Positions 39,441-50,416 of a stretch of DNA of 64,000 nt are shown here, piece by piece. How positions within the stretch are numbered: position 1 is the stretch's first letter; each line of letters begins with the position of its first letter. The translations under genes and the position numbers were made by a program. The stretch lies in assembly GCF_041956535.1 (NCBI RefSeq), contig NW_027192198.1, positions 566,714 to 630,713 on the forward strand, written 5' to 3'. Source of the stretch: Calcarisporiella thermophila CBS 279.70. Its lineage: Eukaryota > Fungi > Calcarisporiellomycota. The notes beneath the pieces are model-generated. The model was given only the letters and a program-made list of their open reading frames with translations. It did no database searches and was not told the origin of the DNA.

Positions 39441-42400
39441 TTATGCGAAGCAGTTATCGTAAATGCTAGCGACTTCTTTTCGGTGAATTACCGCAATACC
39501 TACTGCAGGTGCAGCAGAAGGCCCACGCCCAACGTAGTCAAGCTATTCAACAAGAGCTTTCATCATCCTATTCTCAAACGGGTTTACAAATTAATCGTAT
39601 ATACCTTGTAACCTGAGGGAAGGAGCTTCTCTAGTCGCGGTGCCATGAAAGTATATGCTCCACTGTTCTGAGATTCCTCTTGGCACCAGACAAATTCTTC
39701 GGCGTTTTGATATCGCTCAATTTCGGCAGCCAAGCCCTGAGCAGGGAATGGGCACAATTCCTAGAATCAAAATATAATGAATTGGGATGTGGGAATTAAA
39801 AGCAGTCTATTTATACCAATTTTACCTCAACTCGGACAAGGGCCACTTGATCTTCCATTCCCCGGGCCTGACGCTCTTTCACTAGGTCATAATAGAGTTT
39901 TCCAGATACAAACACAACCTTGCGAACACTGCATTTTGAAAAATAAAAATAATAAATTAGCTAGCGAGCCTAGCGAACTAATTATCTTAATGAATTACTT
40001 GAACGCGTTGATATTATCTCCAATGACAGGCTGGAAGGAAGTGCCTGGTGCCATGTCCTCAAGATTAGAAACTGCAACCTAAAATTCAGGCATCATAAAG
40101 AAGCTTTGGTTAAGATTGTACTATGAGAAGGACATTTAGTTTAAAATACCGGTGACCGTAGCAAGGCCTTGGGTGAAACAACAATCAGCGGTTTGCGGAA
40201 ATCACGCTTCATCTGTAATAAACGCGCGTATATTTAATATTGCATCTTGAATGATAGTTATATATAGAGTACCTGACGGCGCAGAGCGTGGAAATACTGA
40301 GCAGGCGTGGTACAATTCACGACATGCATGTTTACATTGGCTCGACCAATATCCGAGGCATCGAATCGATCATTGCAGAGCTATAAATAAATTATGGGTC
40401 AATTTTGAAGGAGCTTGATTGGCGTAAGATTCCGTTACTTGTAGGAATCGCTCAACACGGCAGGACGAATGTTCAGGACCAGCACCATCATAACCATGGG
40501 GAAGAAGCATAACGATGCCAGATTGACGATTCCATTTAGCTATAGCAGCATCGGACTCGTTATAATTGAAAGAAGAGAAATTGGTAGAGGTTACTAAAGC
40601 TTACCTTCACTGCTTGAAATATAAGTATCAATTACAACCTGGGCGCCGTTGAAGAAATCTCCAAATTGAGCTTCCCAGATGCATAGTGTGTTGGGTGTCT
40701 CCCAAGACATTCCATATTCGAAGCTGAGCACCGCAAGCTCAGATAGATTGCTATTGGCGACCTGTTTCAACGAAAAGGGAAAAATTAATAAAGGCCGAGT
40801 TTATAGGTTTTCTAGCAATTACCTCCAAGGAGCCCTGGCCTTCTCCCAAGTTATTGTTCAAGGGTACTACAACTCTCTCAGTATCCTGACAGACCAGCAT
40901 TGCATGTCGCTGAGAAAATGTGCCTCTTCCAACATCCTGACCGCTAATACGAACATTGTATCCCTCTTGCATCAAAGATCCGAAAGCCAAACTCTCCGCA
41001 GTCGCCCAATCTATGCGCTGGCCTTCAGCTATGCGAGATAACCTCGCCTGAACATGGTATTTCTGAAGTCGTGGATGAAGGGAGATATCTGAAGGAACTT
41101 GTACTGAAGCTTTGCCAACATGGACGAGTTGGTCAGTTGGCACACCCGTCTCAACCACTGATACTGTTTCTGATGGTATTCTCATGTCCTTCCATTTTCC
41201 ACGAAGCTGTTCGGTTTCTGGCTGGAACGAGGCAGCCTTTTGGAGTTGATCATTTAATACATCAAAGTACTGTTGACGAAAGGCATTGACTTCATCCGTA
41301 GATGTAAGAACTCCTTCATTTAAGAGTTTTTCTTCATAAGCATTTGGAACGGATTTACGCGAGCGTATATTACGATACATAAGTGGCTGAGTATAAGCTG
41401 GTTCGTCAAGTTCATTATGGCCCCAGCGACGGTAGGTAATAAGATCAAGAATAACATCCTATCAAGGAGAGACAAAAATACTTTGGCAAATTAACCCAGG
41501 CCGTGAGCTTCAGCTATGGTAGTGCTTCTTCTCACCTTGCGGAATTTATCTCTATATTCAAATGCCAGAGAAATAGCGGATATAACATCTTCAGGGAAGT
41601 CTCCATTCACGTGAATCACAGGCGCGTTGATCATTTTTCCAACATCAGAGCAGTATACCGTAGAACGCGCGTTTTGTGCGGGGGTTGTATAGCCGAGCTG
41701 GTTGTTCACAACAATGTGCAAAGATCCGCCGGAGCTAAAGTGAGGAAGGTTTGATATTCCAAGTGACTCCATAACTACACCTTGTCCTGTAAATGACTGC
41801 AGAGCATCATGAATATCTCAAGTAAAAATGTTCACAGAGGAGCACTCTACTATTTACCGCATCACCATGGAGCTGTACACACATCACCTTGTCACCAAGC
41901 TCGCATTCTGTCTCAAATTTCATCATGTCCATCTGCTTAGCACGTGCCTTGCCCATGGCAACCGGGTTTACTGCCTGTCAATTAAAAAAAAAATTGAGAA
42001 ACCATTAAAGTAAAATATTTACAAATCCATTTACCTCTAGATGGGAAGGATTAGGCAGCAGGGTAACCTTCACGGACTTTGAACCGTAGTTTAATTTTGG
42101 AGAATTTGCTACGACAGAAAGAAATTTTGGTAAGGAGAACTCTACTTCCAAAAGAACTAGAGATACTTACCAATATGTGATAAGACATCACCAGTCGCCC
42201 CTGCAGCGATCAGTTCCTCAGAAAATTCGGAATTACCCTTAACTTTATGGAAGAGGGCAGTGGGAGGATACTGTAAGAGGCCAGTAAGCAGATTGAGTCG
42301 ACCACGGTGAGGCATGCAAAGAACAACTTCCCGAATACCGGCTAAAGAGTATGATATATGAATAAAAGTGTAGTTTACCAGGTATTTTGTGAATGGAATA

Positions 42401-43437
42401 CATACATGAGCTTGAAAGAGCAAATAGTTGATCTAGAGCAACCATCATACTTTCCGCTCCTTCCAAACCGTAGCGCTTAACTTGTGTGAATTTCTTTGCC
42501 ATAAAATGATCGAAGACCTAGCGAATGCAAGATTTAGAAGAGATCATTGAAATAGTGAGAGCAAAATGGCAGAGCTACCTCTGACTTGGTCAAAATCTCA
42601 AAAATTCGCTTCTTATCTTCGTGTGACAGCTGTCTCTTTTCAAATGACTCCACTCTGCGCGCAAACCATCTACGTTCACTTGCATTCTACCCGATAGGAG
42701 GGGGTCAGTGAGCAAGAGATAGAGTAAAAAAATTATTATAGATGAGTATTTACAGGAATATGCATAAATTCATAGGCAATTTTGCCGCAATAAGTCTTCT
42801 TCAGGTGTTCAACAATGGTCGATAGCGTTGCATCATTCCGCGATTCTTTGTTTTCCCTTGACTCGTTTACATGGAGAATGCCTGAGAGAATAATGTAAGC
42901 GATTTTGTTCACTTTAGGCGACTCCAGTGCTAGCAAGAAATCTACCTGCTAAATTATATGATTTATTCATATCCGTCAGGCCATATCTTGCTGGATCTAG
43001 GTCAGTGGCTTCTCTTCAGGTTTTTAGAAGAAAATTAAAGGTCAAGTTCAATGAAAAATACAAAAAAAAAATTTACTCGCGTTGCATAAGATCCAAAGGG
43101 TCAAGGTATGCCCCACGGTGGCCATAGGACCTGTAGGCAGATACTAATCTGACCAAATTAGAATTTTCGCTACGGTTTGCCAGTTCTTCTGGAGTATCTG
43201 TAGGTAGATTGAAATAATGTAAAATGGTACCAGGATTTAGAAAACTCGTAAATAGATTGAAGGTTTACAATCTGGAAGTGAAAACACTCTTGGGACACGA
43301 TATCCGTATACCCCATCGTCGTGATAGTGACGGGCTAGTCCCAAAAGCGTAGGTATCCGCTTGGAAACCACATTCGGTCGAAAAGAGGGGCGGGATAAGT
43401 AAAGACGAGGAAGTCGGCTGATGTGTAGGATGGTCAT
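39441..43437 (-). CDS. DHTKD1: 2-oxoacid dehydrogenase E1, DHTKD1 (2-oxoadipate dehydrogenase) type, mitochondrial, many exons
   Basis: Presequence then [34 protein letters not shown] (not the GDVKYH of KGD1/OGDH), HGDA/SFTGQG ThDP motif, [45 protein letters not shown]. Confidence 0.88.
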
Positions 43438-43839
43438 AATAAAGGATATAATGAAGTCGCGCCCCGAAGTGTATAAAGTGCAAGTAAAAAGAGTTGTGAG
43501 AAAAAGTGTGAGAATTTTCTTGTTCAAATTTAGAGAAGAAACCCCGCAAGATCGGGTTGTATTCCGCATGACCCCAGTACCGGAGGTAGGCTTCGCTTTT
43601 TTTGCTTTTATACAAGCATTAGTCACAATCACTCGAAAACGGAAAAAAATCCAATTGCACTAAACATAAAGATGTCAGTGTAGAGACGAACTTTAATGAG
43701 GTGCATTATGACATTTTTTAAATCTAAATAATATATATTTCTTTTCCACATTTAATAAACTCTAACAAGAGTTTAAGGATGAATGCAAAGAAACAAGAGA
43801 ATCCTTCAAAAAATGGAGCAATTTTCAGCCTTGGAATGC

Positions 43840-46478
43840 TTAGGGCTCCTCCTTGGGCACAATTAGATCCTTGTACGCTTTGATGTCTCCTGAGAATTTT
43901 TGAACACTTCCCTTGTCGCACACCCACAGCTCATTACAAACAGTGTTTATAAACCGTTCGTCGTGTGAAACAATAACAACACCGCCACCAAAGTTGCGTA
44001 GTGCATTCTGCAGAGCGTCGATCGAATCCATGTCCAAGTGATTAGTCGGCTAAATAAAAATTTGAAAAAAGAGCATGAGCACAACCATTTTTATACCAAA
44101 CTGGCCTGAAAAGACTCACCTCATCCAAGATCAAGATATGAGGATTTTGCAAGCTCAGACACGCAAAAGCAACACGACTCTTCTGACCACCAGAAAGTTC
44201 GCGCATAGTTTGAAGACCCGTCTAAGAGGAAACGCTCATAAGATTTATACTTCTCCAATATCCATTAAAGCTGCCTTACCATCCCAGTAATGCCAAAGCT
44301 GCCTAAATGACGACGATATTCCTCTTCTGACTTTCCAGGCCAGTTGGTCGCCATAAAACCGACAGCAGATTGGGTGAGGTCGAGCTGGTCGATGTGATGT
44401 TGTGTGAAATATGCTACACGCAACCGACCATGGCGCTGCAACATGCCAGAAAGAGGCTCGAGCTGTCCGGTAAGCAACTTAAGCAGAGTACTTTTGCCGG
44501 CTCCGTTCGGGCCAACAACTGCAATACGGGAATCAAGCTGCATTCCAAAGTTAACTCCACGTAAAATGATAACATCCTTAGTGTAACCAAAGACGACTTC
44601 ATCCATTTGTAAAACAGGGGGATTTAGTTGATCAGGATCGGGGAATCTGTATAAACATGAAGAAAGCTTAGTGTGATATAAGCAAATATGAACTAAAGAT
44701 TTTATACCTAAACGTGACCACATTCTCATCTTCCGGTTTTTCTAGTATAGGTAATTTTTCTAATATTTTAATTTTACTCTGAGCCTGGGAAGCACGTGCA
44801 GCATTATATCTCCAGCGATCAATAAAGGCTTGCAAGTGTTGTCTATATTGCATTTGGTTTTCATATTCACGCAATTGGTTCTTACGTCGCTCTTCTTTGG
44901 TTGTATAAAATTGCGTAAAGTTCCCTTTGTAGTAATCCAAGCGCTCAGAGTGTTGGTGGAGGATGTCTGTAGCGACTTCGTCTAAGAATTCTAGATACAT
45001 AATGTGGTGTAAATTATTTCCTTAGAGAGAATGTGAGTTATAAAGAAGTGAATACCTCTATCATGTGAAACAACCAATAGGGTATTTGGCCAGGTCTGAA
45101 GGTACTTTTCTAGCCACACTACCGCAGGAATCTAATGAAAAGATAATAATATTTAAGTTGAGGTGATCTGAATAAAAATAAACACTGAACCATACATCAA
45201 GCATGTTTGTCGGTTCATCAAGCAGAAGTAAATCAGGGCGACAGAAGAGCGCACGTGCTAGTGCAAGACGCATACGCCAACCTCCAGAAAAGTTCTTTGT
45301 TGGCCATTGCTGTTTCTCTGTCGAAAAACCAAGACCACTGAGAAGCGAAGCTGCCCTGTTTGAAGCAAAGAAAACTTTTCAGATATGAGTTGGAGGATAT
45401 AGGTGAAAACATAAAAATACCTCGACTCGGCTTTATCTGCTTCTATTTCTTGTAATTTAGCGTATACTTCTCTCAGGCGTGTTCCGAGCTCTTCCTTCTT
45501 TCGCTCGTTAGCTTCCTTATTTTCTTCGTCCTTTGTGTTTTCCAGTTCACCCAATTGAGCCGATAAAGTATTCTCTTCTTTAAGCAAATGGTCACGGAGA
45601 ACATCTGCTTTCAATACAGACTCCAAAGCAGGAGTATCATCCCCAACGATCTTATTAATATAGTTTGAAAAAGCGTTAGTATATACTAAAAATAATATCC
45701 AAGAGCTTCTTACCTCCTGTTCTACATGTAAAATACTAATATGTGGTGGGATGGCAATTTCTCTTCGTGAAATTGTGCGTAGCAACGTAGATTTTCCAAC
45801 ACCATTCTTTCCCACCAAACCGTAGCGTCTCCCGTTAGCAAGTGTGAGATTTGCACCTGTAAGAATACGTACACCAGCAAAAGAAATATCAAAGTTCTCG
45901 ACCTTGATATCCTTGACTTTATCCTTTGTGGTAGTATAATCAAAAATAGGATTAACAGCACGGTACGCATCTTCAAAGCTCTGCTCTTTATCGTTAATTA
46001 AACGCGAGGCTTCATAATTTGAGCGCCGCTCTCGCTTTTCAAGCTTCTGCTTAATTTTCTGCTCCGCTTTCTCGAGCTTCTTTTTGTCAACTAGAGATTG
46101 AACGCGTTTTCCGCCTACCGATTCGAGATCAACAGAGCCAGCAAGGATCTTCGCAGCGGCATTTACACTGGACTGCGACATCATGTTAAGTGGTTGATCA
46201 AGTTTTACTAATCCATTCGCCCTTTTCGTCATATTACTCTGCAATTTCTGTGAAAACATTTCCGAAAGCTTGCTGCAAAGCTCGTTGATTCTCTCATCGT
46301 CTCCGCCCACTTCCAGAAGAATCGGGCGAACAAAATCAGCAATAGCATCTTCCTCATCCAATGCACCAGAGGTGTCGTCGAGATACCCAACGATGTAGTC
46401 AACTATGGCATCATCAGCATCGGGTACATAGCTGCGTACCAGAGTGGTGACTTCTTTAGTGTCCGGATGAGCAGGCAT
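43840..46478 (-). CDS. GCN20: ABC-F family ATPase (Gcn20/ABCF3)
   Basis: Two NBDs ([35 protein letters not shown]; [27 protein letters not shown]), no TM segments, N-terminal Gcn20-type domain. Confidence 0.95.
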
Positions 46479-46628
46479 TATTATATATTCTTGACAAGGA
46501 ACACTCTGGAGTTCACTAATCTTAATACTCTATTTTGCACGTCACAATTAATTAGCAGTCAGGGAATCGTAAACATTTAGGTGGGTATTTTTCTCAAGAC
46601 AAAGCAGATATATATATCAAAGAGAAAG

Positions 46629-47161
46629 ATGCTGTCTTCTTTGGTTAAGTGTAGCAGGATGGTGTCAAGCCAAGTGGCGAGCAAAGCTTACACACATGTT
46701 TTTAACAGCACACCTAGATCAAACCTACGCTTGATCTCAAATTTTGCTAATACTGCAAGAGATCAAAGTATTAAAAATGATCTAATATTCTTGTCGAAAC
46801 CCGCTAATGGTAAGAAAAAAAACTGTCTTCGAGTTAATATTACTTGCTAAAAAGTCTCTTCTCATTGTTTATGTATCTTATAGCTTCACTTAATTCAATG
46901 TCATTAACCCATGTAAATAAGAACTTGACACCTAGCAATTTCCCTTCGATACTATTTCAAGGTATCACGTTAGTGAATCAGCATAAAAATACCCAACTCG
47001 TCGCGAAATTCCTCGACAGCTGTTCGATCCAACCAAACTCACAAAACATCAGAATGGAGGTCACGAGTGTACGCAGGAAACGACGACTAAAGATGAACAA
47101 ACATAAATACCGAAAGCTGCGAAAGAGGACACGAGCATTGAGAAAGCGGTTGGGTAAATAA
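46629..47161 (+). CDS. COX24: Mitochondrial small ribosomal subunit protein mS38 (Cox24/AURKAIP1 family)
   Basis: Presequence-like N-terminus. C-terminal TSVRRKRRLKMNKHKYRKLRKRTRALRKRLGK; intron ~46810-46883. Confidence 0.9.
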
Positions 47162-47605
47162 GCTCATAATGATAAGAGCTATTGGTATTATAGAAGAACT
47201 CCGCTCTATGGACTTGTGTGAATATAAAATAGCTATTATATTTAACTCTGGGGCTAATTGTGCTTTGGCTGAAGTTAAAGAAACTTATAATGCAAATGTT
47301 GCTATACGTGATTCCTATTATGTTAAAATATATAGAGGAAAACGAAACTGTAGTAATGATTTCGCTCAACGATTTACAACCTCTAGCTGATAACACTAGA
47401 AATAAAACTGTTGCATGCAAACTCTACAAAATATCTGATAGGCTAAACCAATATTACTCAAAATATATTTATTACTATCGAGATGAGATATGTGGACAAC
47501 TCTCATTTTATATACAATACTGGCACATGAATACAATTATCAATACCACCACTCATAATATTGCAAAAGGAATATTATTGATTATAGCTGTAGAGTATAT
47601 ATGAG

Positions 47606-47855
47606 TTAAGATTGCTTGGGAGGCTGGTTAGCAGAAGGCTGTCCACCTTTTGGCACTGTAGGCTGTTGTTTAGCAAGCTGGTCTCTCAGCTGAGCAATCT
47701 TCTGTGCCTCCTGTAGAAATATAAAAGCCTAATTAATATACTTTTTTTTTTTCTAGCATCATTTGATGAATTACTTGCTGACGAATCCAAGCCTCTTCGT
47801 TAGCACGCTCGCGCTTTGCAAATGCATCCCCTGCTTGACGAATAGAACCATCCAT
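47606..47855 (-). CDS. F1Fo-ATPase inhibitor (IF1/Inh1/Stf1)-like peptide, 61 aa, 2 exons
   Basis: MDGSIRQAGDAFAKRERANEEAWIRQQ|EAQKIAQLRDQL matches the IF1 inhibitory motif (GSIRxAGxAFxKRExAxEE). Intron 47711-47774. Confidence 0.85.
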
Positions 47856-47915
47856 GTCAAAAAATGGTATTAAGGATACGAGAACAATATAATGTGTTAA
47901 GCCATTCATAGATCC

Positions 47916-47922
47916 TTTTATA
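47916..47922 (-). promoter_or_regulatory. TATA box (TATAAAA) upstream of the IF1-like gene
   Basis: Minus-strand GATATAAAAGG about 60 nt upstream of ATG 47855. Confidence 0.5.
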
Positions 47923-47960
47923 TCCTCCGCCAAGCACTCTTACTATTGAGACTGCGCTAC

Positions 47961-47997
47961 AAGTCACAAGAATAAAGTCACAAGAATGAAGTCACAT
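47961..47997. repeat. Tandem 14-bp repeat (AAGTCACAAGAATR, about 2.6 copies) in the IF1/AIM19 divergent promoter
   Basis: aagtcacaagaata-aagtcacaagaatg-aagtcacat. Confidence 0.8.
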
Positions 47998-48044
47998 TCG
48001 AGACATTAAAACTTACACGCTTTTCCAAAGTGAGTGATCCTACA

Positions 48045-48640
48045 ATGACTGAAGAAAAGAAGCAGAAAGCAGATGCACAGCTGGATATACTCTCAAAATC
48101 ACCCTACCCTGTCTGGGCATTGGCTGGTTTAAGTACGATAATCTTTTTTCTCCCTCCTTTAACGCAAGATTTGTAGAATTGAATTATTCGTACCTTACTT
48201 CTTATAATATTTTTCTCAGGTGCTTTGGCAACACCTTTGGCTGGAAAGGTACCCGGAATTCCATCCGCCATCCAAGGATTGGGCTTTGCAGGAATATTTG
48301 GGTTCTCTGGGTTAGGAACATTCATATCCATGCTATTTTATTTTAATACGTGCTGACACAAATCCAACATCCTTTTAAGTTATGTAACAAATACGGGCGA
48401 TTATGAGAATGGGGCAGGCATCACTACTGGTAGGGTATTTTTATTAAATGTGAGACTCTAAAGTCTTTCTAATTTGAGATAATTTTAGCATGGTGTCTTG
48501 CGTGGAGTTTTCTTAATCTTCGTAGGGCCATCATCTCTTTTCGCCCAGCATCTTTGCTTCTTGGGGGAGCAGTTATGGCTAACACGGTTATTTACGGAAG
48601 ACGGACGCTCATCGATAATGGCTATATACTGACTAGTTAG
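48045..48640 (+). CDS. AIM19: Aim19-like small mitochondrial membrane protein, 4 exons; absent from the ORF track
   Basis: Spliced product MTEEKK...SPYPVWALAG...FAGIFGFSGYVTNTGDYENGAGITTAWCLAWSF...NTVIYG resembles the Aim19 family pattern (GYxxxxGDxxNGAGxxxAW). Three phase-consistent introns. Confidence 0.78.
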
Positions 48641-48862
48641 TCAATTTTATATAATTAATGCGCTGGGTTGGTACACGAATATCAATTCATTTTAATATTT
48701 ATTTCAAAAACAGCCCCATGAATTCAATATCAAAACATATAATCTGGTAATAAAGCATTTACTATCATTGAATAAACAACTTATAACAAATAATAAAAAG
48801 TGTAGGCGTTTAACATGATACTCTAATTATAAGTGACACATACAAAAATATGGCTGAATATA

Positions 48863-49840
48863 CTAGACGCCGATCGCTAGTGACAGACCGACCTTATGAG
48901 AATTCTCATTGAGTTTGTTGGAATCGATATTACCCGAAAGAGTCAATATGACATCTGGACGAAGCCTTTGTGAGTAACAAAGGCCGATTATACCATCGCT
49001 GTTTACTTTGGCCTATTTGTGAATGGTATGTAGTATTTTAATTAATGGTGATCATCAACCCTTCGTGATAAGACATGAGTTTACCTTGACAAATGCACTT
49101 GGATCCAAAATATATTTTGCTCCAACCTCCATCGACATAGTACCCTCCTTTGAAGTATCAAGCGTTGCTCGCCCAGCCACTGCCAATTCTTCATCCACTG
49201 AATGGTAATACGATGCACTGAAGTAGTTCATCTGTTGATTTGCATTTATCGACATCACGTACTGACGATAGCGCATGCCAGCCACAAAGGAGCAAGATCC
49301 TACGCTCCCATTATGAACGCCTTCTACACCAATGAATGCCCCTTCTTCGCGGCCGACTACGACGTCAGCAGAAAGCGTCTGTGATGTGATATCAAAGGCC
49401 GTGCGTGCATTTAGAGTAGATGGAAGGCGATAGGTGGCACCTATCTTGCCGCAGGCGCCATTTGATGGGTGAAGAGTAGCAAGCACATCAAGATCAATTG
49501 CAGAGAAGACTCCTCGAACATCAGCACGAGTGCTGATAGTATTATCTGTCTCCCAATCCTCGGTAACTGTAAGCCATCCTTTTGAATATTTAGTTGAAAG
49601 AATCCCTTGCATTCCATCCTTATCATTCTTTTTCGTTCCTTTAAGAGAGAAAATCTGTTGGAGAATAGTAAAGTTACTCGGAAAAGTATTTTAAACAATT
49701 CATAGAGGTGAACGTACAACACCATTTGGAGCCTTGGTGTTCACCGCGAGTTGAACTCCGCTTGCCAAAAAATCCTCGACTAATATGTCGTCTGCCTCCT
49801 TGGCGATATTGGCGAAAGAGCGCGGGACATCCTGCGACAT
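48863..49840 (-). CDS. POR1: Mitochondrial porin (VDAC), divergent; 3 exons
   Basis: N-terminal amphipathic helix (SFANIAKEADDIL), TKAPNGV, EDWETDNT, ASYYH, EVGAKYILDPSAFVK|AKVNSDGIIGL, HKVGLSL beta-signal. Confidence 0.9.
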
Positions 49841-50416
49841 ATTCTTTTCGGATAATATGTTATGAAAAAAAAATGCTGTTAAATGTTGGTAATAGGTGTA
49901 ATTCTGGCGATTACAGAAAATTGGTAAGGAACAAAGTCGAATGCTCAATTTAAAATAAAGAAACCATTTCGAATTTCTCTAGCCACCCCACCACAGAACG
50001 AGTCACGAGATAGGACACGGGATTTTAAATATGAATTTCCGTGACAGAGAATTGAATTGCAATCTCTGGCCGATATAATTTAGAAAATAAAAAAAATTAT
50101 TATGTTCTATCAAAATTATGCAATCCAACCTATTATTCGCGAGTTCTAAGATTATAGATTGACAATTGCATACCATACTAAAGTATATTAGCCATATTTC
50201 TATTAAATTTCCTTCATGTTCTCGAACGGTGTTATGATTTTAGTGGAGCAATTACGTTATAAAACAATTTCATAAATAAATTATTATTAGATGGTTTCAT
50301 CCCAAAGGATTAAGAAGTAAAAGAAAAGGTGTACATGGAGGAAATATAAATTTCACAAGCATTAAGGGTATTTTAGTATCAATTGCTATAAAATAAAATA
50401 ATAGTACCTTTTGATT

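Noticed and set aside
47169-47604. 73-119 aa ORFs between mS38 and the IF1-like gene
   Set aside because: They lie in the AT-rich convergent 3'UTR zone, with no motifs.
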